Source of the DNA: Eledone cirrhosa | Lineage: Eukaryota | Reading direction: 5' to 3' | DNA length: 64,000 nt | Assembly: GCA_964016885.1 (NCBI GenBank) | Contig: OZ024741.1 | Span: 127,782,001-127,846,000 of the forward strand | Part shown: positions 43,444-64,000 of the stretch, in pieces | How the letters are laid out: each line of letters opens with the position of its first letter | Numbering within the stretch: position 1 is the stretch's first letter | Position numbers and translations under genes: made by a program | Notes under the pieces: generated by a model | Database searches by the model: none | What the model saw: only the letters and a program-made list of their open reading frames with translations | Told to the model about the DNA's origin: nothing

Positions 43444-43599
43444 ATGTATGTATGAATGTATATATGTATATATGTATGTATGCATGGTTTCTCTTTCTCT
43501 TAATTATGCGTTTATTTTTGATCGGCCACCTTCCTGGTGGCAGGGTTGTAAAGAAAAGGAAATTTTCGCATTCCTTTTGTATGTATCTATCCTTTGAAT

Positions 43600-45270
43600 C
43601 GTAATAATGTTTTACAGATTTTGAAGGTTCTACATAACACGGCCATTTGTAGTTTATGAATTAAGGAGTTACGTTCTTTCTCCAAATTCAAGTATAGAAT
43701 TTTGGTCCAAGTGGGTTGCTGGTATATATCCTGTAGCCCCCAAATAATGATAAGTATGAAGCTGAACGTGTATCTTGGGTACTGGATTTTCAAACTTATC
43801 ATCAATGCTCCGTAGACATCCTCCTTTTTTCGTATTTACTACATTTATATCGACTTCTACAACAGAGCATACTTTTAATGTGTAGTCCCAACCAACAATA
43901 TCAGGCCAGTTGTGTTTTGATTTGGTGGTGGTTTTTATTTTTAGGTTCCACCAGTATTCTTTTGAGCCATCAGTTTCAACATATTTCTCCCAATCACATC
44001 ATACTTCATGTGTGTGGGTTTAGTAACGAGAAGATATTCTTTCACAGTTGGCAATAATGTGGCTAGCATCTTCGGTCTTTGTTTAGTACAGCCTACATTC
44101 ATTGTCAACTGATGACCTTCCTCTTTTGTGCAGAGGGAACTTGGTGGGTATTTCTTGTGCCTGGATTGCATGGAGGTATCCTTCAAAGTAGGATATTATA
44201 AATTTGTCGTAATTTCAAGTCAGGATGTCAGTATAGCCTATCCCTTCTATGGTATGTGTTTTTGTCTTAAGTACCTATATACATCCATCTCAGTGAACTG
44301 GTCCATTTTGAAATTTTGTTCGAACATTAGGAAGTGTCTACCAATGTTCCTGTGAGATAGCTTTGTGTCAGCTTCTATTTTATGTTTCTCAAGATCAGTG
44401 GCTCTCCTATCAATATTGTTATTTCCATACTTATAAATCTGGGCAAGACGACTGCTGACCTTTCTTCGTCTTTTGATGTTGCTTCAGTGTTATTATCCGG
44501 GTCTCGTATGATGTTAATATGGATTTTTGGTTCGGGACATTCTCCTTGATTGGGAAATATAGCCTATCAACATCACCATGTTAAAATTTCAAGTAACACC
44601 GAGCAGCTTGCGAGTCTTTAAATCCAACTCGCTCAGTTCTTGCAATGACCAGTTCAACTGGTCAAATGTTGGTGTTAGGATGGGCACAGCAAAAGAATTA
44701 TGGGAAATGTGTTGGTGTACTCTGAGAGTTCTGTTGACTATATTCTCTTTATTGTCCTGAGGTATTCCTGGTTCTCTCCTTATTTATAAGTCCATCATAC
44801 AGTCTTATCCTGTCCAAGATATCCATATTTCTCACCCGACTGTAGAGGTTGCATCAAGCCGTTCATTTTTAGGTCTTCCGAAGAAGGCACAATTTTTGTA
44901 CGTTTTATTGTCGAAAGTGCGAATTGGACTCATCAAGTTTCATTCCAATATCTGTAGAAAATTGATTAATGAAGTCCGATTGATTTTGGTTGTGGTTGAT
45001 ATATAGCCGATACAATTTCAAGTCATTGACTTAGAAAAGATGGGAGATGCTTCTGGATCCATTTCTATGGCTATTATGTTTTGTGAGCAGGTATGATAGT
45101 TTAATGAAAAGAAAAGAGCATCACTGTCAAGCTACCACTCTGCAAAAATACCTTTTTGGTAGAGTATGGTATCAGATTCTATCTGCTCCTTATCCCCCCA
45201 TGTGTGGGGTAACAAGTCCTGGTCAGGTGGTCGATAGCAGCTACTAGTAGTTGTGGGACGTTAGCTAACT
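43600..45270 (-). mobile_element. Older, diverged R4/Dong-like LINE remnant
   Basis: Minus-strand motifs FEGYLHAIQAQEIPTK, QFSTDIGMK and ISHLF*VNDLKLY parallel the adjacent younger copy. Confidence 0.75.
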
Positions 45271-45539
45271 GTAGATATGTATGTATGTTCTTCTGGTTTT
45301 ATAATTTCACAAATTTTTGCCAATAGAGAGAGAGTCGGTTTCTAACTTCGACACAAGACTCTCTCATTAGAATTTACACATCAACTAGGTAGATATTTAT
45401 GCATGTCTGCATGCATACATGCATGTATAGATATTATTGTATGTGTGGATGTGAATGTTTTGAGTTGTATGTGTGTATGTGTATACGCTTTGTATCTGTA
45501 CATGTGTATATGCAGTTATTAGATGCAAAATGTTTGGAA

Positions 45540-47748
45540 TATTTTACATATTTTTTACTGTTCCATTAATGGATTGTACTTGTAATTTCCTAACTAGTTG
45601 TGTTCTTTCTGTTCCCGTGAAGCCTAGCTTCTCAAGATTTGTATTGAGGCAGTTACTAACATATCCCAGTGCCCCAATAATCACAGGCATAAATCTGAAG
45701 GTATAATCAGGGTGAAGTATCAGCAGATTTCTCATCAGTTCTGCATAAATATTCTCCTTTTCACTAATCTTTGATATTATATTGGCATCTGCTGGGCAGC
45801 TAATTTCCACTACCGTGCATGCTTTCTTCTCCCTGTCCCATATCATAATATCTGGTCTGTTATGCCTGCATTTTATTAGGGTTTTTACTGGAACATTCCA
45901 CCAGTACTCTTTCATATTATGTACATGGATATCTTCCACATTGCTGTAGCTTTTAATGTGTTTATTATCGGGGCTATATTTTTTACGAACTGCATTGTAC
46001 AGTGTTTTGGCCACTACATCATGCCTCATAGGTAGATAGTACCGCAATGACATCTTTGGACAGCTGGTGATGACATCGGGGATATCCTCGATGTTAGTTC
46101 TGCAGAGTCTGCACTTGTTTGTCTGCACATCTAGGTGTTTTGCCTGCATCCCTATCTTTTTTGTGAATCAGGTATTTCGTGTTAATCTCCTGTCCTTGGA
46201 TTGCAAAAGCGTATCCTTCAAAGTGGGAGCCAATATAGCGGTTGTTGGTCCAAGATAGACTACTTTCTTTATCTATATTACTCTCACTCTGGAGCTTCCT
46301 GGCAACATATCCATGCATGATTTTTTGCTGATAAGTATGCAGTTTTTCATCCATGGATTCACTGCGATACTGCTGAGCGACTTCCCTGGGTGTGAGTTTT
46401 TGATTATCACACAGGGAATATCTCTCGAGGAGTTCCTTTCGAACTTTCATGATCTTATCTGTTTCATGCAGATAGACTTGCTCGAGAAAAAGGGCTCCTA
46501 CGCTTCGTGGTTCGTAGATGTTGTCGGAGAGATATGATGCGACATTCAAATGTTGTCTGGACTGATGTTAGGCCTCTGCTTCCCTACTTACGTTTCAAGT
46601 AAAGGCGGTCTATGTCACTGTTGATGTGGAAGTTTCCGGTTTTGTTTAGTATTTTTCGAGTTCCAACATCAACTGCTCGGATTTCGTCTATCGTCCAATT
46701 GAGTATTCCAAACATTGGTGTTAGGACAGGCACAGTAAACACATTGTGAGTCACTGTTTTGTTTTGCGCAGAGAGTTCCGATGACCAAATCTTTCTTAAT
46801 CGGGTGTAGTATTCCTGGTTACGCGTTCTTTATTACAGATACCATTATAGGATATGTTCTCATCTATCTCCAGGTATCTGTAGCAGTCCTCATCAGATAT
46901 CAGTGAAACAGTTAGACCATTGATGACAATGTTGCTAGATTGGGTTGTTGTTTTCCCCCGCTTTACAGTCATGTATGAGCATTTATCTTGGCCAAACTCC
47001 ATTCCTATATCCTTTGAGAACGTTGTAACCAGGTCAAGATTTTTCTTCATCCCATCCATGCCTTGGCATAGAGTTTCAGATCGTCCACAAAGAAGTTATG
47101 GGTTAGGTTCGTATTCCTGTCCTCCTGGGAGCCAATGATGTATCCCTCACATTTCTTGAGCAGAAAGGACAAGGGGTTTAATGACAAGATGAACAATATC
47201 ACAGAGAGACTGCCCCCCTGAAATATACCCCTGCGATATTTTATTTTATCAGTGAAAATAGAGTCCTCCCTATGTGTCTTTAACCCTAGGATAGTAGCCC
47301 AAGAAGAAGACAGCCTCTCTATGGCTCTGACAATAATGTCTGGGACTTTAGCAAGTTGGAGGACCTCTATCATCCAAGAGTGGGGAACAGAATCGAAAGC
47401 TTTCCTGTAGTCCAGCCAGTCTGTAGTCATATTCCTCCTAAGTTGTCGCACCTCCGATATCGCAGTTTTGTTGATTAGGAGTTGTTCAGCACATCCCCAA
47501 ACCCTTTTCTTTCCAGCTGCTTGTTCATCTGTGATGATGTTATTATTTTCACAGTGATCTTGGAGGAATAGGTTCAGGCATGTTGTATACATCTTATACA
47601 TCAGGTTCTGGCATGCAAAGGGTCGGTAGTTTTTTGCCAAGTGGGTGTCTTTGTTCTTGGGGACCAGTAATGTTTGTGCTAATGTCAACCATTCTGGTAT
47701 AAGTGTATCTCCCTTAAGAACTTGTTGGTAGAGGTCAGTAAGATACAT
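45540..47748 (-). mobile_element. R4/Dong-like LINE, 5'-truncated at (TATG)n, with RT, CCHC and RLE endonuclease, frameshifted
   Basis: KNYRPFAC, WLDYRKAFDSVPHSW, RGIFQGGSLS and FFVDDLKLY; CRLC, RHD, RPDI..D, VVEIS and K...Y (PD-(D/E)xK restriction-like endonuclease). Confidence 0.92.
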
Positions 47749-47749
47749 C

Positions 47750-48180
47750 CTATGTATGTATGTATGTATGTATGTATGTATGTATGTATGTATGTATGTA
47801 TGTATGTATGTATGTATGTATGTATGTATGCATGTATGTATGTATGCGTTTGTGCGTATATATGTGTGTATAAATGTATAGGTGTATGTGTTTGTGTGTA
47901 TTTATGTAGGAATGTAGGAATGCGTGTGTATGTTTGTTTATACAAGCATGTACTTAAGTAATTGTGTGTGCATGTAGGCATACGTGTATATATTTATGTA
48001 TGTGTGTGAGTATGCTTGTATGTATGTGCGCATGTTTCTATGTATGTATGTATGTACGTATGTACGTATGTATGTATGTACATATGTATGTATGTATGCA
48101 TGTATGTATGTGTGTGTGTATGTATGTACGTATGTATGCATGTATGTATGTGTGTATGTACTTATGTACGTATGCATGTA
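47750..48180. repeat. (TATG)n microsatellite
   Basis: Read directly from the sequence. Confidence 0.95.
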
Positions 48181-48820
48181 TATATCATCTTGGTTAAGAG
48201 AGTGGGACTGGCTTTGTGCTGTGCCTTTGCTCACTATAAAAGCTTCACCGCACAGGCATTGTTTTATATCTGGAGATCTCTCTGCACTTGTCATCACATG
48301 GTACCATGGGCCCAGCACTATGTGTCAGTAATTGTCACAAGTGTAGTGTTTGTACCAGAGTTTTCAAGTCGCTGGCTGGACTAAAAAGTCACACTCGTTC
48401 AGCGCATCGGTAGGGGTTCTCCTACATGGATATAAAGTAGTGGCCGTACTCGAAAACGAGTTGGCAGCCACCATGTATGTATGAATGTATGTATGTACGT
48501 ATGTGCGTATGTATGTATGTGTGTGTATGTGAGTATGTATGTAAGTATATATATATATATTTGTAGTAAGTGGAAAACAGTAGTAGGTTGTAGTAGTGAT
48601 GGTGAGGTGAGGTCATGGGGGGAGGGGGTGACAGCGCTGATGGTCGTGATAGTAGTGTAGGTGGTGATATGTACGTGTCTCCAGTGCTATGGCATGTGGT
48701 GTGGTGCTCTGTTTTTTCAAGACAAACGCTGTCCACCCAGAAATTCGAGGTTATGTGTGTCTGTGGTAGTGGTGGGGTAAGCGGGCGTATGTGAGTGTAT
48801 AAGTGCATATATATATATAA

Positions 48821-48874
<54 letters not shown>

Positions 48875-49149
48875 TCACACACCACATTGGAATTGGCATA
48901 TAAATAAATAAATGCATGTGTGTATTCGCACACACACACACACACACACACTCACACATGTATACATATAACTTTATATATATGTATGTGTGTGTGTGTG
49001 TGTGTGTGCCCATATACTCTCTTGCTCTTTCTATTTCCCTCCCTCTCTCCTTAAACACACACACAAACATACACATATATACTATATATAGCATGCACAC
49101 ACAACAAACGACATGCCACTATGTATGTCTTCACCATTCTAGCTTCCAC

Positions 49150-50228
49150 GACACCACCACCACCACCACAACCACCACTAATATAACCACCACCACTACC
49201 ACCACCACCACCACCACCACCACCACCACCACCACCACCACCACCACCACCACCACTACCACCACTAATATAACCACCACCACTACCACCACCACCACCA
49301 CCACCACAACCACCACTAATATAACCATAACCACCACCACCACCACCACCACCACCACCACAACCACCACCTCCACCATCACCACAACCAACACCACCAC
49401 AACCACCTCCACCACCATCACCACCACGACCACCAACACCACCAACACCACCATTACCACCATCACCACCACCACCCCACCACCACCACCACCACCACCT
49501 CCACCACCACCACCTCCACCACCACCACCTCCACCACCACCACCACCACCACCTCCACTACCCCCCCCCCACACAACCACCAACACCACCAACACCACCA
49601 CAACCACCAACACCACCAACACCACCAACACCACCATTACCACCATCCCCACCACCATCACCACCATCACCACCACCACCACCACCACCACCACCACCAC
49701 CACCACCACCGCCGCCGCCGCCGCCGCCGCCACCACCACCACCACCACCACGACTACAACCACCAACACCACCAACACCACCACAACCACCAACACCACC
49801 AACACCACCACCACCACCACCACCACCAACACCACCATTACCACCATCACTACCACAACTACCACCACCACCACCACCACCACCACCACGACTACAACCA
49901 CCAACACCACCAACACCACCACAATCACCAACACCACCAACACCACCATTACCACCATCACTACCACAACTACCCCCCCCCCCCCCCCCACAACCACCAA
50001 CACCACCAACACCACAACAACCACCAACACCACCATTACCACCATCACTACCACAACTACCACCACCACCACCACCACCACCACCACCACCACCACCACC
50101 AACACCACCAACACCACCACAACCACCAACACCACCACAACCACCAACACCACCACCACCACCACCACCACCATTACCACCATCACTACCACAACTACCA
50201 CCACCACCACCACCACCACCACCACCAC
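49150..50228. repeat. Degenerate (CCA/ACC)n repeat with higher-order units
   Basis: Read directly from the sequence. Confidence 0.95.
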
Positions 50229-50513
50229 ACACACGCGTGCACTGAATAAAAAAGCGGCGTGTGTTGTACCTAAGTATGCATGTAAAATCTGTACAAAACA
50301 CTATTACATAAATTATAGAATTATATGTGCATGAATATACGTATACAGCCAGACACAATATATATACATAAATACACACACACACACATGATTTCTCCCG
50401 AATGAAACAGTTCTAGTCCTGTAGAAGTCATTTCTATATTAAATATTTACACTCTGCTTTGTATAGAGTACGTTACTTACTGTGGTTACCCCCGATTGAA
50501 ACCGCGATAAACA

Positions 50514-50546
<33 letters not shown>

Positions 50547-50553
<7 letters not shown>

Positions 50554-51480
50554 TATGTACACGTACATACATATATGTATACCGACGTACAGTAGTATGT
50601 ATATATATATATATATACATACATGCACACATATATATATGCACGTATGGATTCACCGAACATTTATTATAATGCTCGGTGTGTTTGTAAACAAACATCC
50701 CGTATTAAGCCGTAGTGTCTAGCAACCACCGTTGCTCGTTTGTTCAACACTGACAAAGGAACGCTGTACTAGTTTCAAGCTTGTTAGCTATCGTCAGCAA
50801 CGTATACCTTCCTGCCAGATTGTTGAACGTATATACTTACCTTATGCATATTAACGGCTGAGTAGCCCAATATGCATATCGAGTGGGTTAATCGGCCGGG
50901 TGCACCGAAAACGATAAACGGAAAAAATGAAACGATATTTCATTTCCCACTCTTAGTACGGCTGTTACTTAAATATAAGTATGTACACGTACATACATAT
51001 ATGTATACCGACGTACAGTAGTATGTATATATATATATATATACATACATGCACACATATATATATGCACGTATGGATTCACCGAACATTTATTATAATG
51101 CTCGGTGTGTTTGTAAACAAACATCCCGTATTAAGCCGTAGTGTCTAGCAACCACCGTTGCTCGTTTGTTCAACACTGACAAAGGAACGCTGTACTAGTT
51201 TCAAGCTTGTTAGCTATCGTCAGCAACGTATACCTTCCTGCCAGATTGTTGAACGTATATACTTACCTTATGCATATTAACGGCTGAGTAGCCCAATATG
51301 CATATCGAGTGGGTTAATCGGCCGGGTGCACCGAAAACGATAAACGGAAAAAATGAAACGATATTTCATTTCCCACTCTTAGTACGGCTGTTACTTAAAT
51401 ATAAGTATGTACACGTACATACATATATGTATACCGACGTACAGTAGTATGTATATATATATATATATACATACATGCAC
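50547..51480 (-). repeat. ~2.2 inverted copies of the 426-bp hammerhead-containing unit
   Basis: Exact reverse complement of the downstream unit; tcgtcag cores at 50791 and 51217 (426 bp apart). Confidence 0.97.
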
Positions 51481-58268
<6,788 letters not shown>

Positions 58269-58387
58269 AGGAGGTGAGTTTTATTGTAGTACAATAAAGC
58301 AATGCAGATATCGGATAAGAAGCACTGATATGTTGATTTAAAACTGCACTATCCGCAAGTGTGTTTAACCTTCATATCATGTCTTCC

Positions 58388-58458
58388 TATTTTATCTGAT
58401 GAAAACACAAATGTTATTGCATGATGATATTTGTTTTTGAAATGCGCATAATAAAATA
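58388..58458 (+). ncRNA. Type I hammerhead in a dispersed pLTR-like repeat (58266-58490; second copy 59328-59570)
   Basis: tattttat-CTGATGA-aaacacaaat...atttgttttt-GAAA-tgcgca-TA-ataaaata. Confidence 0.85.
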
Positions 58459-58610
58459 CATGGAACTCATTTAACCATCTTTTGATCTTATATATATATA
58501 TATATATTTTTTTTTTTTAAAGAGTTAAACAAGATTCAATGAGTACATCAAAGAATGAGTTTTACAGTAGATTGAAAGCACTCTACAGTTGATATTTTCC
58601 AGAGTTATTA

Positions 58611-58894
58611 ATATTAAATTCAAATATTAATAAAATAGATGTTCTTGTGGTCAATTAAATTTTATTATACATATTTCAGAGGTACTTGAATCAAGTTCAA
58701 TAGTACGTCCTCATCAGATAAAATAAAATGATACATGACATACCCATTTAACATGTCAGGGTATGTCATGTATCATTTTATTTTATCTGATGAGGACGTA
58801 CTATTGAACTTGATTCAAGTACCTCTGAAATATGTATAATAAAATTTAATTGACCACAAAGAACATCTATTTTATTAATATTTGAATTTAATAT
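58611..58894. repeat. ~284-bp palindrome with an intact type I hammerhead in each arm
   Basis: Right arm reads attttat-CTGATGA-ggacgtac...gtacctct-GAAA-tatgta-TA-ataaaat; 13-nt central spacer. Confidence 0.92.
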
Positions 58895-58901
58895 ATGTAT
58901 A

Positions 58902-58965
<64 letters not shown>

Positions 58966-59025
58966 TATTGTACTAGACAAAAACTACCTAGGAAGATGTG
59001 GTTATAAGAAGAATTTATTGTGCAT

Positions 59026-59073
<48 letters not shown>

Positions 59074-59272
59074 GGAAAAAGTAAAACCTCGACGGCAGAA
59101 CTCAAGCCGTTTCGACGAAGAAATATATTAGTTTAACGGTTAGAATAGCAGGAAGGGTTCTTGACATTTCGGACACTATTTAGAAATAGATAAAATAGAA
59201 ATACAGAGTGAGAAGAGGGAGGATCGGGGAAAAAAATAAATAAGACACATGTGTGTATTCAATCAGCCATTT

Positions 59273-59328
<56 letters not shown>

Positions 59329-59566
59329 GTAGGAGGTGAGTTTTATTGTAGTACAATAAAGCAATGCAGATATCGGATAAGTAGCACTCTACAGTTTGTA
59401 GGACTGGAGTATAAATAATATATAAGATGTTGATTTAAAACTGCACTATTCACAAGTGTATTTTAACCTTCATATCTGACGAAAACGCAAATGTTATTGC
59501 ATGATGATATTTGTTTTTGAAATGCGCATAATAAAATACATGGAACTCTTTTAACCATCTTTTGAT

Positions 59567-59636
<70 letters not shown>

Positions 59637-59640
<4 letters not shown>

Positions 59641-60008
59641 GAAATACGAAATTTCTATACATATTTGTATAAAGCTATGCTTGAAGCGAAATACTATTTC
59701 TTTTCTATTATAAATTGAGCCAATTTATGCAGCTTCATATGGAAATGAGATTAATCACCTCATTTACACAGACGAGAAAACTATATATTCTCGACTGTTT
59801 TCAAGTCCAGCAGTCGCAAGCGGTGGGAGGGACCGTCCTGAGAAAGGCCAGTGAAGCCTGAAATGCATAGACGGTTGTCCCCCTTGCTTCTGCTGGACTC
59901 CACCAGAGGGCGTTAGCCCCGCTGTTTGCATAGCTACGGCTTCCTAAAACCGTATTTCTTTAGAAATACGAAATTTCTATACATATTTGTATAAAGCTAT
60001 GCTTGAAG
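59637..60008 (+). mobile_element. pLTR-like unit with ~50-bp terminal direct repeats and a variant hammerhead (59832-59875)
   Basis: tttagaaatacgaaatttctatacatatttgtataaagctatgcttgaag occurs twice; accgtc-CTGAGAA-aggc..gcct-GAAA-tgca-TA-gacggt. Confidence 0.75.
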
Positions 60009-60022
60009 AAAAAAATGTCTAT

Positions 60023-60071
<49 letters not shown>

Positions 60072-60103
60072 ATATATATATCATATATATATATGTATGT
60101 AGA

Positions 60104-60250
60104 AGTAGTAACACAACAGTTAGTTCACCATACCGAGAACAATTCTTTCACCTTATGCGGATCTTTAGCTCGGACTCAGTCCGAGCTGAAGATCCGCATA
60201 AGGTGAAACAATTGTTCTCGGTATCGTGAACTAACTGTTGTGTTACTACT
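60104..60250. repeat. ~147-bp palindrome with a type I hammerhead (intact in the right arm, mutated in the left)
   Basis: ccgag-CTGAAGA-tccgcataaggt-GAAA-caattg-TT-ctcgg. Confidence 0.88.
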
Positions 60251-60314
60251 GCTACCAAACTCGTCCCATGGACTGAGTGCTCTACCACTACGGATATTAC
60301 CTTCCAGTGTTCTA

Positions 60315-60415
<101 letters not shown>

Positions 60416-60910
60416 CGTGATGTAAACACATACGCGCACTCTCTATATATCTTAATACAGTGGTCTAAGGAGTACATACCAGATACCGTGTACGTAGCCG
60501 GAGTTATCTCAACTATAGCTACAGCAACCTGTTGAGAAGAATCATTATATTAATATAGCTAAGAGTGAATTCAAACAAAGGTTTGTTAATCAGACCATAC
60601 CTTTCAATTACTCCAACAAGCAAAGAACCACGCATCGGGCCACCCGTATTTGTAGATTGAAAATGTGAAATAAATTATCGAATCAGGAGTGGATGATGTT
60701 ACTAATCAAATTGGTAAAAAGATGTGAAGATATGTATCATCTGTGTAGGAGTCCATGTGTGGGAGCGCGCGTGCGTCTTGACATCTTAATTGCATTAAAT
60801 AAAGCATTTAATTGCTCTTGAATGATGTGTACTCACAATTGTACACACACAAACGCACACACACATATATGTCTGTGTGTGTGTATGTGTGCGCGCATAG
60901 GTATTTGTAT

Positions 60911-60987
<77 letters not shown>

Positions 60988-61046
60988 CTCACACACATAT
61001 ATGTGTATATATATATGTGTGATATGTGTATCTGTGTGTGTACGTA

Positions 61047-61095
<49 letters not shown>

Positions 61096-61105
<10 letters not shown>

Positions 61106-61722
61106 CGTAAAATAAGAAAATATCTTTTAAAAAAATTTTTAAAAAATTTTTTACTTACTTACTTAAATTTTCACTCCAACTAATTAGTTTCTGCAATGGG
61201 ATAAAGACAGTTACATAATCCAACTGTCGAGAATTCATTGCGTCATCAGGGAGTCTATTCTCAGCTGAGCCTCCAGGCAATGCGCGGACACTGGCGGCTC
61301 ATATAAAAATAATAATTTGGTAGAAAGAACAGCTAGGCGAGGACTGGATTCTATGTACTGAAATTCTTACTGCTTCCAGTCAAATGGCCGATTCTAAAGA
61401 ATCAATCACGTGACATAGAGGCTAGTTAGAAGGAATGGGATGGTAAGATGACTGACGCCTACTAACACCCCAAAAAAAATTTTGAAGTGGTTTTGGCAGG
61501 TTTGCTCGACAAATCAGTGATTTGGAGATAAATATAGATAATTTAATATATCAACTAACATAGGCGCACAGATGTACGTCCATGCCAGCAAATACACAGG
61601 TTATGTCATAGTACCTAGGTGGTTCAATGCAGGAGGGTGCAGAACAATAATATAAAAGACGTAAAATAAGAAAATATCTTTTAAAAAAATTTTAAAAACA
61701 TTTTTTACTTACTTACTTAAAT
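61096..61722 (-). mobile_element. pLTR-like unit with ~73-bp terminal direct repeats and a type I hammerhead (61173-61254)
   Basis: ataaaagacgtaaaataagaaaatatc...acttacttacttaaatt occurs twice. Reverse complement reads actcc-CTGATGA-cgcaatg...cattgca-GAAA-ctaattag-TT-ggagt. Confidence 0.8.
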
Positions 61723-61779
61723 TATATATATATATATAATATACATATTATATATATATATGTGTATGTATAGAAGTAA

Positions 61780-61810
<31 letters not shown>

Positions 61811-62254
61811 TGTATGTATGTATGTATGTATGTATGTATGTATGTATGTATGTATGTATGTATTTATATATGTATGTGTGTGTGTTTGTGTGTGTGTGTA
61901 TGTATGAATAATGTATAGCACTTATTTCAAGCACCTCAGACCAATTAACTGGTGGAAATAGTTAATAAAATTCTCCTCCTCCCTCTCCCCCTCTCCCACT
62001 CTCTTTCTACGCACACATACACACATACACACATACACACATACACACATACTCACATACATACATACGCAAGCACACACATACATACACATGCACACAC
62101 ACACATATATATCTATTTATACACACATCTGTGATAGAAGGTAGGTAGTGCCAAGATCAAAAAGACATTACCTAGACAGAAACTATAAATATTAATTATT
62201 AAATATGGGGAATAAATAATTGCCATTTCAGTATAAAATGGTAATGTAGGGCAG

Positions 62255-62380
62255 TGGAATGGCAGAGTCGGTAGAACGTCACACAAATGAACAGCAATAT
62301 TTCTTCCGGCTCTTTGCGTTTTGAGTTCAACTTCACTTTTCATCCTCATCGGAGTCGATGAAATAAAGTAAAGTAACTGT
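62255..62380 (+). mobile_element. tRNA-derived SINE fragment
   Basis: tggcagagtcggtaga...ttttgagttcaa...tttcatcctcatcggagtcgatgaaataaagta. Confidence 0.7.
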
Positions 62381-62440
62381 TTAAAAATACTCACAGCGAG
62401 ACTTATCTATATTTACTGTATATAGACGTATTGTACATGC

Positions 62441-62505
<65 letters not shown>

Positions 62506-62513
62506 TACACGCA

Positions 62514-62592
<79 letters not shown>

Positions 62593-62884
62593 TATGTATG
62601 TATAAATATATACATATATATGTATGTATATACATATATATGTATAAATATATATATATATGTATGTATGAATGCATATATATATATATATATGTATTTA
62701 GGTGTGTATACACAAACTCACACATACACACATATATATATATATACATATAAATATATATAAATATATATATGTACATATATACATACATATATATATA
62801 TATATATATATTGTATGTATGTAAATAAGTATGTGTGTATATATATATATATATATGTATATTGTATGTATATTGTATGTATAT

Positions 62885-62977
<93 letters not shown>

Positions 62978-63142
62978 TATAGTATTTACGTATCGAGAAA
63001 GAGGAAAAAAAGGGGGGGATAGGTGATACATATAGTTATTTGCCAAGTAGCGTATGCCAAAGGTGCTCGATACTAGTGCCGGCAGTATTAAATATTCGAA
63101 GTGTTAATATATAGTGGGCTAGAGAGTTAGCAGAGCGTAAGC

Positions 63143-63259
63143 ACGTGGGAAAGTAAAAAAAAAATCGGAGAATAGACCGTTAAAACATGTTTATTTAAAA
63201 CAGCTGTTTTAAATAAACATGTTTTAACGGTCTATTCTCCGATTTTTTACTTTCCCACG

Positions 63260-63260
<1 letters not shown>
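63143..63260. repeat. ~118-bp spacerless palindrome centred on cagctg, beside (TA)n
   Basis: acgtgggaaagtaaaa...ttaaaacag|ctgttttaa...ttttactttcccacgt. Confidence 0.93.
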
Positions 63261-63299
<39 letters not shown>

Positions 63300-63310
<11 letters not shown>

Positions 63311-63766
63311 CGAGGATGTGTGTGTGTCTGTGGACAACTTTGGACACCTAAGGCTTTTACAATTCCCAACCGAATTTGACCAAATTTTCTGTGCACGTTA
63401 CACCTGTCGCTAAGATGGTCACATCTTCAAATTGACCCACGTTAAGCAATAAAAAATCGATAGGAAAATTATTTTTTCTAAAGTGCATGATTTAAGGTAG
63501 AAATCAATCAAAACAAAATCCTTATGGGACTTTCCATTCAAACTGCTGGGACCTACAACTTTTCAGCTGTAGCTTGCACATTTTTTGTCACCCGCGACAA
63601 AATTGTAGGTGTTTATTCTCTGCACTACAAGGCTCTTAAGCGAGCTGCCTGTGTCAGCAAACTCATAAAAACTAAATCCTTATGGGATTTTCCATTCAAT
63701 TTACTTCCTAGCTGTATATTCTTAGCATAATTTCAAACCCCGGGCAACGCCGGGTATATCTGCTAG
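63300..63766 (+). mobile_element. Non-autonomous Helitron within (TA)n
   Basis: Starts atataaaagcgaggatgtgtgtgtgtctgt and ends cccgggcaacgccgggt-atatctg-CTAG|T; internal duplication of aaatccttatggga.tttccattcaa. Confidence 0.8.
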
Positions 63767-63847
<81 letters not shown>

Positions 63848-64000
63848 TTTACATACATACAATAATACTTATGTCAGAGTGTGTTTAAAAATAAGTAAGA
63901 ATGTGTAAACCATTTTCCATTTTGTGTTCGAAGGTCGAGAATTCAGGTAGTGGAGAGATAAATATGAACAGTTTGGCAGAAAGGCTGGGGCGGTTTGGTA

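Noticed and set aside
48916-50385. 472-aa Thr/Pro-rich ORF, or a long inverted-repeat partner of 42022-42948
   Set aside because: Simple (CCA)n expansion; its variant units differ from those at 42 kb, so the complementarity is generic.

Overview
Repeat-saturated, AT-rich eukaryotic (animal) DNA with no recognisable host gene. The tRNA-derived SINE family and extreme microsatellite load suggest a cephalopod such as Octopus (inference only). Nearly all listed ORFs are microsatellite translation artefacts. The real coding remnants are decayed retroelements: three R4/Dong-like RLE LINEs, two Tx1/L1-clade LINEs each flanked by a different microsatellite, two RTE-like 3' ends and two Penelope-like GIY-YIG fragments. 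Non-autonomous Helitrons are also present. The main find is a 7.6-kb array (about 50547-58164) of near-identical 426-bp units. Each unit carries a type I hammerhead ribozyme fold (CTGACGA...GAAA-CTAG-TA, palindromic stem III) in a hairpin-rich monomer. The first ~2.2 units are inverted and both ends lie in (TA)n, as expected for a retrozyme or Penelope-pLTR-like circular RNA concatemer. About ten further sequence-distinct hammerhead motifs occur in the window, mostly inside palindromes or partial tandem duplications next to (TA)n. All ribozyme calls come from manual folding and are untested.
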